A program made the translations under genes and the position numbers. The notes beneath the pieces are model-generated. The model searched no databases, was not told where the DNA came from, and worked only from the letters and a program-made list of their open reading frames with translations. A DNA stretch of 64,000 bases from a virus: IMG/VR virus record IMGVR_UViG_3300025892_000010; one strand, 5' to 3'. Each line of letters starts with the position of its first letter. The first letter of the stretch is position 1. Shown in pieces: positions 36,987 to 46,727 of this stretch.

Positions 36987-39302
36987 CTATATTGTACAAC
37001 TATCGCAATCTTCTTCAGCCTGCAACGTTGCTGGTTCTGTTTCTTCTACCTTGTCTTTCCAACCAAGTGGATGACTAGGTTCATCTTCATCTTTCTTACT
37101 ATCATATGTATTTTGATAATAAGAAGTCTTCCAACCTAATTTATATGTAGTCAACAAGTCTTGAGCCATAACTGATATTGGCACTTGACCCTCTTCAAAG
37201 TGTTCGGGATTATATGACCAGTTACCAGAAATTGCTTGGTCAAAATATTTCTGCATAACTGCAACGATATTTATATATCCTGTGTTCCCTTTCATATCCC
37301 ATAATAGAGTATATGAGTTCTTTAATCGTTGATAATCTGGTACAATTTGTTTCAGCGTACCCTTTTTAGACTTTTTAACTGACAAATAGTCTCTAGGTGG
37401 TTCTATGCCATTTGTCGCATTAGAAACCACACTAGAAGATTCAGACGGCATTTGAGCAGATAAGGTGCTATGTCTTAGCCCAAACTCTTTGATGTCTTTT
37501 CTTAATTGTTCCCACTTCATAGATAGTTTACGATTTACAATCTCATCTACCTCTTTTTTGTAGGTATCAATTGGTAAGATACCGTCTGAATATTTTGTTT
37601 TATGAAAGTAATCACATTGACCTTTTTCTTTTGCAATCTCATTACTTGCTTTTAATAGATAATATTGGAAAGCTTCTGTTAATTCATCAACTTCTTTCCA
37701 CGCTTGTTTATCTTCATATGATAATTTTAGTTTTGCTAGATAGTGTGCAAGACCAATATAACCTATTCCTAAACTTCTTCTTGCCTTTGTAGATACTTCG
37801 GCAGCCTTAACTGGATATTGTTGATGGTCTATGATTTCATCTAAAGCTCTTACTGCTAAATCACAAAGACTATCTAAATCTTCAAGATAACTAATTTTAC
37901 CTACATTGATTGCACTTAAAATACACAATGCAATTTCACCACCACCATCAATGTGTTGAATAGGGTCTGTTGGTAATGTAATCTCTTGACATAAGTTAGA
38001 CATATAAATTCTGTCTTTAAAGCTAGAGTGTGTATTACAATGGTCAATATTCATAATGTAAATACGACCTGTCTCCGCTCTTTCTTTTAACATATTTGTA
38101 AATAATTCTTGAGCACCTATTTTTTTCTTTTTAACACTTGTTTTTCTTTCTGCTTTAAGGTAAATGTCATCAAACGTCTCTGTACCCCACGCTTCATAGA
38201 GTTCAGGTACTTCGTGTGGTGAGAATAAAGTAATTTCTTCATCATTAATAAATCTTTCATAAAATAGTTTAGATATTTGTATAGAGTAATCTAATTTTCT
38301 AACTCTATTATCCTCTGTACCTTTATTATTTTTTAAAACAATAATGTCTTCTATCTCTTGGTGCCAAATAGGGAAGTGAACCGTTGCACTACCACCTCTA
38401 ACACCGTTTTGAGTACAACACTTAACCGTTGCTTCAAACTTTTTGAGGAACGGTATAACTCCTGTGTGTTGGACTTCACCGCCTCTAATTCTGGCGTTAA
38501 TACCTCTAATTCTCCCAGCGTTAATACCGATACCAGCCCTTTGTGCAACATAGTTACCAATAGCCATATCACTACTGAAAATACTAGGCAAAGTATCATC
38601 AACATCAACCAACACACAACTAGCATACTGGCGAATAGGTGTCCTAACACCGGCCATAACTGGTGTAGGAATATTGATTTTAAATTTTGAAATAGCGTCA
38701 TAATATTTTTTAACATAACTCATCCTCTTTTGTTTTGGGTACTTTGCAAATAGTGTGGCACTAATCATCATATACATAAATTGAGGTGTTTCAAACAACT
38801 CGCCTGTACTTCTATCTTGTACCAGATATTTGTCAATTACCTGTCGTAGACCTGCATATGTAAAATCGTAATCTCTTTCGTGAGTAACCCAATTTTCCAT
38901 TCGGTCAAAATCTTTTTTATCGTACCAATTTAATATTTCTGAATCATATACACCAATGTCAACACCTTTTTTAACGTGGTCAAAAATATGTGGGTGGTCC
39001 CAAAGTTTTCTGAAAATTTGTTTTCTTAATGAGAACAATAATAGTCTTGAAGCGACAAATTGATAATTAGGATTATCTAAAGAAATTAAATCTGAAGCTG
39101 ACTTGATTAATATTTTTTGAATTTCGTCTGTTGTAATACCATCATAAAATTGTAAACCACTATTCATTTCAACCTGTGATGAAGAAACACCTGATATATC
39201 TTCACAAGCATACTCAACCATTTCGTGTATCTTATCAATGTTAAGAGGTTCGTATCCTCTGCCATTTCTTTTCTTCACTTTCAATACATTATTTTCTACC
39301 AT
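36987..39302 (-). CDS. nrdA: ribonucleotide reductase class Ia alpha subunit (ATP cone)
   Basis: VKKRNG, PTPVMAG, SCVL, SNLCQEI, ALCILS, MPSESSS, C-terminal CDSCTI. Confidence 0.98.
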   Translation of the reverse strand: MVENNVLKVKKRNGRGYEPLNIDKIHEMVEYACEDISGVSSSQVEMNSGLQFYDGITTDEIQKILIKSASDLISLDNPNYQFVASRLLLFSLRKQIFRKLWDHPHIFDHVKKGVDIGVYDSEILNWYDKKDFDRMENWVTHERDYDFTYAGLRQVIDKYLVQDRSTGELFETPQFMYMMISATLFAKYPKQKRMSYVKKYYDAISKFKINIPTPVMAGVRTPIRQYASCVLVDVDDTLPSIFSSDMAIGNYVAQRAGIGINAGRIRGINARIRGGEVQHTGVIPFLKKFEATVKCCTQNGVRGGSATVHFPIWHQEIEDIIVLKNNKGTEDNRVRKLDYSIQISKLFYERFINDEEITLFSPHEVPELYEAWGTETFDDIYLKAERKTSVKKKKIGAQELFTNMLKERAETGRIYIMNIDHCNTHSSFKDRIYMSNLCQEITLPTDPIQHIDGGGEIALCILSAINVGKISYLEDLDSLCDLAVRALDEIIDHQQYPVKAAEVSTKARRSLGIGYIGLAHYLAKLKLSYEDKQAWKEVDELTEAFQYYLLKASNEIAKEKGQCDYFHKTKYSDGILPIDTYKKEVDEIVNRKLSMKWEQLRKDIKEFGLRHSTLSAQMPSESSSVVSNATNGIEPPRDYLSVKKSKKGTLKQIVPDYQRLKNSYTLLWDMKGNTGYINIVAVMQKYFDQAISGNWSYNPEHFEEGQVPISVMAQDLLTTYKLGWKTSYYQNTYDSKKDEDEPSHPLGWKDKVEETEPATLQAEEDCDSCTI

Positions 39303-39311
39303 ACTTCTCTC

Positions 39312-40310
39312 CTAACATTTCTTATAATCGGTTAATTTCGTCAAGGCACTTAATTTAGAATACGTGTTATTACTTATAATATCTTTTATTTCACTTTTAG
39401 AGGTTCCTGACGTAATTAAATCATTTACATCTTTAGATTGTATGTGTTGTGGCCAAATAAAAATCTTATAATTTTTTTCAACAACATCATACATTCTTTT
39501 TATTATTTCTTTATTTCTTGGTTCATTATCAAATATATAAGTTACCTGTTCAGGTGGCACACGTAAAGTTAAGTCGGCGCCGCCAGCAGCCAAACAATTG
39601 TCAATAAACATACTATCAATTGGTCCTTCAACAATAAAAATATCATTCTGTAAATTTACTTTATCAAGACCAAAAACTTTTTGTTTATTCTCATCAAGTT
39701 TTATTGTGAGATATTTTGGTTGTTCTTTACCAAAGGCACGGCCTTGAAAAGCAAATGGTTTGCCATCAACACCGTAAAAAGGTATTAACAACCTAGGGTG
39801 TTCGCCTTTTGTGTGAGGGAAAGTATTTGGTTTAACCTCATTTACAAATGACATAAATTTATTACAAAAATACAACTTGTCAAAGTATTCAATTGGTATT
39901 TGTCTTTTTATAATATATTGTCTCGCTGGGTGTTCATCATCTAATTCACTTATCTTCTTAAATTTACTAAAATGGTCTATGTCATTAAACTTTGTAGGTT
40001 TAAAGTCAAATTTAGGTGCTGGCGTGGAGGGTGCCGAACCTTTATATCGTTCTAGTAAATATTGTTCATACTTTTTAGGGTCTATGAATTTTAAAAAATT
40101 AGTGAGACTTTGGCCTTCGCCACAATTATGGCATTTAAAGAACATATCATTTTTAACTTGATAAAAATACGCTCTCGCTTTTGTTTTACTCTTTTTAGAA
40201 TCACCACAATGAGGACACCTGAAGTTGAAAAGGTAGTCACCTTTTTTCTTGAATTGTCCTAATCTGGAAGATAATTCGTTAATAAATTTTAAATCAATAT
40301 AACTAGACAT
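39312..40310 (-). CDS. gp61: DNA primase gp61
   Basis: NFRCPHCGDS, CHNCG, FQGR, IVEGPIDS, DNEPRN, KDVND; likely start MSSYIDLKF. Confidence 0.95.
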   Translation of the reverse strand: MSSYIDLKFINELSSRLGQFKKKGDYLFNFRCPHCGDSKKSKTKARAYFYQVKNDMFFKCHNCGEGQSLTNFLKFIDPKKYEQYLLERYKGSAPSTPAPKFDFKPTKFNDIDHFSKFKKISELDDEHPARQYIIKRQIPIEYFDKLYFCNKFMSFVNEVKPNTFPHTKGEHPRLLIPFYGVDGKPFAFQGRAFGKEQPKYLTIKLDENKQKVFGLDKVNLQNDIFIVEGPIDSMFIDNCLAAGGADLTLRVPPEQVTYIFDNEPRNKEIIKRMYDVVEKNYKIFIWPQHIQSKDVNDLITSGTSKSEIKDIISNNTYSKLSALTKLTDYKKC

Positions 40311-40319
40311 AGCAAATAC

Positions 40320-40348
40320 AATATACAATAATCTCACTCAATTGTCAA
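40320..40348 (-). promoter_or_regulatory. sigma70-type promoter for primase/nrd operon
   Basis: TTGACA-17-TATATT, 9 nt before ATG. Confidence 0.7.
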
Positions 40349-40417
40349 TGGTGGAAAAACTTCCTAATCAAAAAAATACCAGAGAATTTTCAGCGCTGTT
40401 TTTCTAACAAAAGCGCT

Positions 40418-40843
40418 TTAGTTCATCATAGCTAGAATAGTTTTGAAATTATTTGATAATATCCAACCTATTACGATAGAACCACCTAATACCAACCATT
40501 TATATTTCTCTAGTATACCAACTCTCCCACCAATGTCAAGCTTTAATTGCCTGATTTCTAGTAAAAGTTTTTTTTCTACCTGTTGGATTTCTTTTGATAA
40601 TTCTTTGTGAACATTATCTATCTCTCCAGCTCTTTCTCTTAATTTTTCAAAGATAACTTCGTCTGTTTGTTCTTGTCTGGAGATTTTCTCTTCGTGTACG
40701 GCTAACATCTGTTTAATACAGGTAGATACATCTGTTAGTTTGTCTATTGCTGTGTCAAGTCTACCGTGGATTGTTTGTACGTTCTCCACGTCTTTTTTTA
40801 GACCAGCTATATCAACGATTACTTGTTTCTCTATGTCAGCCAT
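40418..40843 (-). CDS. coiled-coil protein with C-terminal TM
   Basis: LD.AIDKL..V...MLAVHEEK, LEKYKW then TM. Confidence 0.7.
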   Translation of the reverse strand: MADIEKQVIVDIAGLKKDVENVQTIHGRLDTAIDKLTDVSTCIKQMLAVHEEKISRQEQTDEVIFEKLRERAGEIDNVHKELSKEIQQVEKKLLLEIRQLKLDIGGRVGILEKYKWLVLGGSIVIGWILSNNFKTILAMMN

Positions 40844-40854
40844 TGATACACTTT

Positions 40855-41196
40855 CTAATTAGCTAATGGGTTTTGTGCTTTTAGTTTTAATTCTTGTATT
40901 TGTAATTTTAAAACTTCTACTTCTTTTTCTAATACTGCGACATTAGTTTCATTCTTTTTGATACCTGATACATCTGGTGCTTCTGCTTCAGATTTTTCAA
41001 GTAAAGAAATTCTTTCATTTGATTTAGCAATTTCAGCCGTATTTTTTGTGATACCTGATACGTCTATGCTAGAACCTTCTATTGCTGATAGTCTTGTATT
41101 AAATTCGCCCCAAGCATAAAAACCACCACCTATGGTAGCGATTACACCTATCAAGGCTGCGTATGTAGATAGTTTATCTACTATTCCATTTTTCAT
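40855..41196 (-). CDS. TM plus coiled-coil protein
   Basis: TIGGGFYAWGEFN.RL; C-terminal NPLAN. Confidence 0.7.
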   Translation of the reverse strand: MKNGIVDKLSTYAALIGVIATIGGGFYAWGEFNTRLSAIEGSSIDVSGITKNTAEIAKSNERISLLEKSEAEAPDVSGIKKNETNVAVLEKEVEVLKLQIQELKLKAQNPLAN

Positions 41197-41207
41197 TTTT
41201 ATCCCTT

Positions 41208-43037
41208 TTATTGTAATGATTTCAAAGCAGCTATTTCTGCCTGTAAAGTATTTATTCGTGTTGACACCCTAGCTAGAGCATTCATTTGAACAGCAATTGG
41301 GTCATTACTTATATAGACATTTAAGGATGCCTCTTTATATATTTGTTGCTGTTCTAATATATTTAGTTTTTCAAATAACTCTAGGTTACCATCAGGAATT
41401 GTTCCACCGTTTAATCTTTTGTTCTTATATGCCGTTAAATCTGGTGCATTTGAAGATAACCCTGCTGATATTACTAAAGAAGTTGCTTGTAGTTTTTGGT
41501 CAACTCTTTTTAATTTAGAATTTATTTTTGCAATAATTCTTTCTACTTTTTTACCTATGCTGTCAATGTCGGTAGTGGCAATCTTCCTGTCCGAGACAGA
41601 TACATCTGTCTCATCTTCCACAACTTCGCCATCACTCTCCGTCTCCTTTTGTCCTTCTGTTTCCTTATCTTCAACCACCTCTGGTTCATTAGATACAACA
41701 TCACTCTCTTGTCCTTCCGGCTTTGTTGTTTTTTCATCTGTTGATAAAGTTTCCTCTGTCTTAACGGTTTCTGTTGTAAGTTCTTCATTAGTAGCATTTG
41801 GTTCTTCCTTTATGTTAGATTCTTCGGTTGTTTTTGACTCTATCATATCGTTATTTTCTACTTCAAAATTACTCGTCATTGTCTCTTCTTCTTTAAATTC
41901 TTCCATCTTCGGTTCTTCCATCATAATTTCTGGTTCATTTAAACTAGCAATTTCATTCATCATATCACCACCTAATTCTTTCATCATACTATCGCCTAAC
42001 TCCTCAAAAAATTGTTGTTCAGTAATACCTTCAACTTTTAATTCTTGTTTAAAATCTTGTACTAGATTATTGGTTTCTATAAAATCTGTAAATTGCATTT
42101 CTACAAATTCTTCAAACTTTACTTCTTCTATTTTACCAAGGTCATCTTCAACTATAACCTCAAATTTTATTTCCTCTATTTTTACTTCTTCCATTTTATC
42201 TATTTCTTTAAATGCGTCATCAACTTTATTATCTAAATCTAGGAATAAATCTTTACCATCAGAGGTTTTTAAATCAACTGCGTCTGCAATATCATTACCT
42301 GCGTCTGTACAAGTTCCTAATTCTGAGCAAGGTGTAATTGTTGTAGTGTTAACACCAGCAGTTGTAATAGATAACTGAACATTATCTACATCTGGTCCCC
42401 AATGGGCACCATCATTACCTGTGCCAGCTGTATTATTATAAACTTCAGCTCTTATTGTAAAATCTGTTTGTGTATTTGCATTGTGAGTATAACTATCAGT
42501 TTGATTATTCCATTGACCACTATTCGTTGACCTATTCGGGTCGTAGTCATTTATATTTCTTGTTTGTGTAGTTACCGTACCATCACCGGCTGTGATAGTT
42601 TGTTTAAGTGTTAGTGTGTTTTCAACACTATTCCAAAACCAAATGTCTGCTGACATTGTTGAAGTAAAACCCTCATTGATTTGTGATTGTGTTAAATGAC
42701 TATCGCCAACTAAATCTACATCTTGGTAAATACTACCATTTGGGTCGCCTTCAAATGCTAAAACACCACCTGAAGTATTTTGTCCTGATTGAGTTGAACC
42801 TGTTGTGGAGGTGTGGCCTTGACCGACATCACCTGAAATTGTCCAACCGTTTGAGTTGTAACCAGATGTTCCGAAAGTTGAGTTTGTTAAGACGTTGCCT
42901 GTGGTTGTTCCTGCTGTAGATGTAGTACAGGTACGGTCACCAAGGTCGTTGGTTGTACAGGTCTCTGCCTTACTTACGTTTAGAAAAGTCGTAAGGGTTA
43001 AGGCTATGACCAAACTTATAAACTTTATAACTTGCAT
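41208..43037 (-). CDS. large exported protein: beta-sandwich (carbohydrate-binding-like) domain, acidic linker, C-terminal coiled coil
   Basis: Signal peptide; N..F, GW, SIYQDVDL, GPDVDNVQL; long E-rich region. Confidence 0.7.
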   Translation of the reverse strand: MQVIKFISLVIALTLTTFLNVSKAETCTTNDLGDRTCTTSTAGTTTGNVLTNSTFGTSGYNSNGWTISGDVGQGHTSTTGSTQSGQNTSGGVLAFEGDPNGSIYQDVDLVGDSHLTQSQINEGFTSTMSADIWFWNSVENTLTLKQTITAGDGTVTTQTRNINDYDPNRSTNSGQWNNQTDSYTHNANTQTDFTIRAEVYNNTAGTGNDGAHWGPDVDNVQLSITTAGVNTTTITPCSELGTCTDAGNDIADAVDLKTSDGKDLFLDLDNKVDDAFKEIDKMEEVKIEEIKFEVIVEDDLGKIEEVKFEEFVEMQFTDFIETNNLVQDFKQELKVEGITEQQFFEELGDSMMKELGGDMMNEIASLNEPEIMMEEPKMEEFKEEETMTSNFEVENNDMIESKTTEESNIKEEPNATNEELTTETVKTEETLSTDEKTTKPEGQESDVVSNEPEVVEDKETEGQKETESDGEVVEDETDVSVSDRKIATTDIDSIGKKVERIIAKINSKLKRVDQKLQATSLVISAGLSSNAPDLTAYKNKRLNGGTIPDGNLELFEKLNILEQQQIYKEASLNVYISNDPIAVQMNALARVSTRINTLQAEIAALKSLQ

Positions 43038-43099
43038 ATGCTACAAGGCAACTCCAAATAAGCCAATTAATAGTACCGTAATCCATAAATTATTTATTC

Positions 43100-43873
43100 C
43101 TACTTCGGTGGATTTTGTTTCATCTCCAGGCTTTTTTTTTTCGATTCTATATCAGCAGCCTTATCTACTTCTTTCCACTCTTTATTAGATTTTTTTTCTT
43201 CTATCTTTTTTAATTTTTCTTGTACAACTTTTAATTCTTCTTGTCTAGCAATCTCATCTTTCTTTGCTTGAATTTTGTCTGCTTTCTGTACAACTTTTAA
43301 TCTCTTTGTATAGATGTCATAATCAGGTCTTAACTTATTGTATTTTGACCATTGTTCAGTTGCAGCCTTACCAATTTTACCTTCAAACGGACAAGGTGTA
43401 CCTGATTGTTCCATTGCAAAGAAAACTCTAGGATCCTGACATAAAATTGACACAGCAGCCACTTTCATACCAAGGTCATTTAAGACTTTAGATAATTTTA
43501 TACGTTCACAATTTTCGTCTGTTCTATATGAACCAGCAGATATACCTAAACCAAATGAAGACACACCACCTGACATACCAACCACACATAAATCCTGTGA
43601 CATTGCTGACATACTAGGTGCTGAAGATGAATTTACAACTCTTTGGTCACCTGTATAGGCGTTTGTTGTACTATTAGATGTGGTATTGGAAGACGAACCA
43701 CTAGCGTAAGTAGTAGTTGATTCTTGGCTATATCCACCAGAAATAGTGGTGTTAGAACCCGAAGTTGTTGTTTGTGTGTTGGTCGTGGCACCATTTGAAG
43801 TGGTGTCCGCAAGTGTCAAGTGTGTTAGTCCCATAACGAAACATATTATAAGACCGATTAAAGTCTTGTTCAT
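43100..43873 (-). CDS. exported protein with Ser/Thr-rich N-terminus and Cys-rich core
   Basis: MNKTLIGLIIC...; SAPS..QDLC, DENCERIKLSK.L.DLGMKVAAVSILCQDPRVF.AM..GTPCP. Confidence 0.75.
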   Translation of the reverse strand: MNKTLIGLIICFVMGLTHLTLADTTSNGATTNTQTTTSGSNTTISGGYSQESTTTYASGSSSNTTSNSTTNAYTGDQRVVNSSSAPSMSAMSQDLCVVGMSGGVSSFGLGISAGSYRTDENCERIKLSKVLNDLGMKVAAVSILCQDPRVFFAMEQSGTPCPFEGKIGKAATEQWSKYNKLRPDYDIYTKRLKVVQKADKIQAKKDEIARQEELKVVQEKLKKIEEKKSNKEWKEVDKAADIESKKKSLEMKQNPPK

Positions 43874-43952
43874 AATTTGTCTCTGCGCCTCTACGTGAGT
43901 TAATCTCACTTATTTGTATGCAATTTTCGTGCAAATGAGGTCGTTATACCTT

Positions 43953-43960
43953 TATTTATA
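43953..43960 (-). promoter_or_regulatory. T4-type late promoter TATAAATA
   Basis: Exact motif upstream of the 43873 operon. Confidence 0.75.
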
Positions 43961-43972
43961 AAGGATTTTATT

Positions 43973-44191
43973 TTATTCTAGTATCAAAGCCTTAATGCCT
44001 TTTGAGCCATCAATATTAATTTCTAATTCTGCCTTTGACTTAATGCAACTATACTGAACACTACCATTGGTTTTCAATTGTCTCTCGGCTATTCTTTTTC
44101 CTTTGAGACAAATTGACATAGTGTCTTGAATTCTATGCTCCTTAATTTCATTATTCACAATCATAAGTAATGCTACAATTGTTTCAATCAT
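43973..44191 (-). CDS. conserved hypothetical protein
   Basis: IVALLM....IKEHRIQ...CLKGKR.AER...Y.CIK. Confidence 0.7.
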   Translation of the reverse strand: MIETIVALLMIVNNEIKEHRIQDTMSICLKGKRIAERQLKTNGSVQYSCIKSKAELEINIDGSKGIKALILE

Positions 44192-44649
44192 TAGTGTGCG
44201 TCTCCGTTACCGTTCTTATAGACAATCTCTCTGTCTGCGTCTTTTAGTTTTTCAATATCTTCTTTAGCCTTAATCATTTGTTCTTTTAAGAAACCGATTT
44301 CTAATTTGTTGTTCATCATACCTTCAATGTGTTCTTCCATCTTTTCCACGGTCTTATATAAATCCTCAATCAACATAAATTGCTCGGAATCGGCAGGTAA
44401 ACTACCCATTTCACCTCTTGGCCATTTAATTCTAAACTCTGTATTCTTTTCCAAGTCAACTACTAACATTTCTGTTGCTTGTACTAAATCTTTTTCTAAT
44501 AATGTTATTTTAGTTTCTGATATGTTTAGGCGTTCTACTATGCCGAAATAACTCCACACTCCGACAGCCACGGCTCCGATTATGGCCAGCATATTCCGGA
44601 TTGGCATTGCAACAGCTGTGTTGTCATCTACTGATATTGGTTTACTCAT
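44191..44649 (-). CDS. TM plus coiled-coil hypothetical protein
   Basis: MPIRNML, TM, FRIKWPRGEMGSLPADSEQFMLIE. Confidence 0.7.
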   Translation of the reverse strand: MSKPISVDDNTAVAMPIRNMLAIIGAVAVGVWSYFGIVERLNISETKITLLEKDLVQATEMLVVDLEKNTEFRIKWPRGEMGSLPADSEQFMLIEDLYKTVEKMEEHIEGMMNNKLEIGFLKEQMIKAKEDIEKLKDADREIVYKNGNGDAH

Positions 44650-45031
44650 CTTTTATATCTTCACTTTCATAGTATTCTTTATATTTATCTAACAAATCAT
44701 TTGTAATCTTCAACTGATTTCGGATTCTAGCAAAGTTCTTAGCCAAGAGTTCAAAGTCTTTATCTGTAAGTCCCCATAACACCGGGTCAATGCCTGATTC
44801 CTCTAGCTTTTTGAACACTTCCTCGGCGTTCTCACTAGTTATAATTATCCATTTTAAATTCTCTAATTCAAGTGGTGTGGGTTTGTTCAAATTGAGTTTT
44901 TCCCTCGGTACCTCTTGCTTAAATATCTCTAACTGCTTTACACCTGAGCAACCTGATAAGAATATACACAGCATTAATGGTACTGCTATTATCCAGGCAA
45001 GTCTGTATGTTTTATCTTTAGTATGGGACAT
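44642..45031 (-). CDS. o-spanin (outer-membrane lipoprotein)
   Basis: LSG-C lipobox, Pro-containing region; overlaps the end of the i-spanin-like gene. Confidence 0.7.
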   Translation of the reverse strand: MSHTKDKTYRLAWIIAVPLMLCIFLSGCSGVKQLEIFKQEVPREKLNLNKPTPLELENLKWIIITSENAEEVFKKLEESGIDPVLWGLTDKDFELLAKNFARIRNQLKITNDLLDKYKEYYESEDIKDE

Positions 45032-45488
45032 AATTTGGATTTGCAATACTAGGACACTCTGAATTAATTTCAGACTTCTTTGTAGCATTCTTTTCCTCAT
45101 CTGTTAAAGGTGAGCCACTAGCAATCTCTATACATCTTGTCGCCAATGCACTTGCACCGTTTGTTATTCGTTCAATAGATTCTGTTCTCTGTATGGCTAA
45201 CTTACCAACGTCTCTATTTTTTTTATTAAATCTCTTATCTAAATCTTCTAAATCTTTTTTAAGTACACTTACTAACTCATTCATCTTATTGTTAGCGTCT
45301 AGTATTTTCTTAAAATCTATCTTTTGATTTTCTATAAGTTCTTTCTGCTCTGATACAGCAGATTCTAATTTAATTTGATTTGCTTTTAACGTTGCGTTAT
45401 CAGCTCTTAATTTAAATACATAGGCGCCGGCGCCGGCAAGGCCGGCAACCATAACACCTATCATAATCATTCTCATACTACCAAACAT
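45018..45488 (-). CDS. i-spanin
   Basis: N-terminal TM, long coiled coil, C-terminal Cys; paired with a lipoprotein. Confidence 0.7.
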   Translation of the reverse strand: MFGSMRMIMIGVMVAGLAGAGAYVFKLRADNATLKANQIKLESAVSEQKELIENQKIDFKKILDANNKMNELVSVLKKDLEDLDKRFNKKNRDVGKLAIQRTESIERITNGASALATRCIEIASGSPLTDEEKNATKKSEINSECPSIANPNYVPY

Positions 45489-45489
45489 T

Positions 45490-45600
45490 TTATTTTTTCC
45501 AAAATTTTAGTTTCTTTGCCATAGCAGCTACGTCTTCAAATTTTTCATTGACGTACCAACCAGCAATAAAACCTACAATAAATCCTATTGTTGTAAACAT
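45490..45600 (-). CDS. small single-TM protein
   Basis: MFTTIGFIVGFIAGWYVNEKFEDVAAMAKKLKFWKK; GGAG RBS. Confidence 0.55.
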   Translation of the reverse strand: MFTTIGFIVGFIAGWYVNEKFEDVAAMAKKLKFWKK

Positions 45601-45601
45601 T

Positions 45602-46186
45602 TTAATCTCCTATTTTTGCGTTTCTTTTTCTATGACCATTCCACGCAACAAAGCCACCTGCTCTCAATGACCAGTATGCTAGATAATTCATAAGATAAAA
45701 ACCGTTAACATTAATGTTTATATCTCTAAAGATTTCGTCTGCTCTTTTTTGAGATATTTTACCTAACGTATCTCTTTTATTTTCTCTTAACAAAGTTTCA
45801 TACTTGTAAGCATAGTCGTGTACAAGACCACCTATTAGTAATACACCAACTGGTGAGAAAAATGTTCTTAAAAATTTTGGTATACTTGCACCATCAAATT
45901 TAAAGCCAGCAGGTATTACATATTTGTTTCCGTTTAACACGTAAGTAAAATCGTTTACTAGTTGCCAATTTCTAGTTCCTAATAACCACATTACTATTGC
46001 TTTAAAAAAACCTTTGCCTTTTGTTTTTATAGGTAAAGGTTTTAAATCTGGCATTGCTGTGTATGCGAAAGTATAACATTTAGGTCTCTTTCTATCAAAC
46101 AAGTTGATAGCAAAACCTAATATTACAAACGCAATTAACAATGACCATTGCCAAAACTTCATTGCTAAACCCATTAATAGTTCCAT
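45602..46186 (-). CDS. DUF1353-family protein with N-terminal TM
   Basis: VIPAGF.FDGASIP, VHDYAY, ADEIF, LRAGG. Confidence 0.8.
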   Translation of the reverse strand: MELLMGLAMKFWQWSLLIAFVILGFAINLFDRKRPKCYTFAYTAMPDLKPLPIKTKGKGFFKAIVMWLLGTRNWQLVNDFTYVLNGNKYVIPAGFKFDGASIPKFLRTFFSPVGVLLIGGLVHDYAYKYETLLRENKRDTLGKISQKRADEIFRDININVNGFYLMNYLAYWSLRAGGFVAWNGHRKRNAKIGD

Positions 46187-46187
46187 A

Positions 46188-46727
46188 TTAATCCTTACTT
46201 TTTTTATTTGTATCTATATATGTCTGGTAAATCTTATGAGCCTGACCTAGATTTTTTTTCTTTTCAGGATCCTTTGCTCTCTCACTTGCAACCTTGGCTC
46301 TTTGCGACATTGCAATTGCAGCCTGCATTTTGTGAGCGTGTGTTTTACCAGAGTTCTTAATCTTACTTACAGATTTTCTAGCAGTTTCGCCATCTGTAAA
46401 ACCTAAACCGTGTATTGTACCTTTAGGATTTTCATCTGTATATAAATTTTTATCTTCTTTAATACCTAATCTTTTTTGTACTCTTTCAATTTCTTTTTTA
46501 ATTTGTTTTTGTTTTTGAGAACCTGGCATTACTGACATTGCTTGTCTTACAAGTTTGTAATATAAAGCTTTGTCTTTTAAATCATATTCTTTATTTGCAT
46601 TAATACCTACACTCCTTTTTGTCTTATATTGAGCGCCTTTAGGTGGCGTATCACCTAAACTAGCAATGGGAGCTAAACTATTAACACCATTACTAAAGCC
46701 TGTTATATATTCTTTTAGAGTCTTCAT
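46188..46727 (-). CDS. putative internal virion protein
   Basis: MKTLKEYI leader; LYTDENPKGTIHGLGF motif. Confidence 0.6.
   Translation of the reverse strand: MKTLKEYITGFSNGVNSLAPIASLGDTPPKGAQYKTKRSVGINANKEYDLKDKALYYKLVRQAMSVMPGSQKQKQIKKEIERVQKRLGIKEDKNLYTDENPKGTIHGLGFTDGETARKSVSKIKNSGKTHAHKMQAAIAMSQRAKVASERAKDPEKKKNLGQAHKIYQTYIDTNKKSKD

Noticed and set aside
35226-39302. Introns or inteins in nrdA/nrdB (also gp41, uvsX)
   Set aside because: Lengths and motifs are continuous and typical
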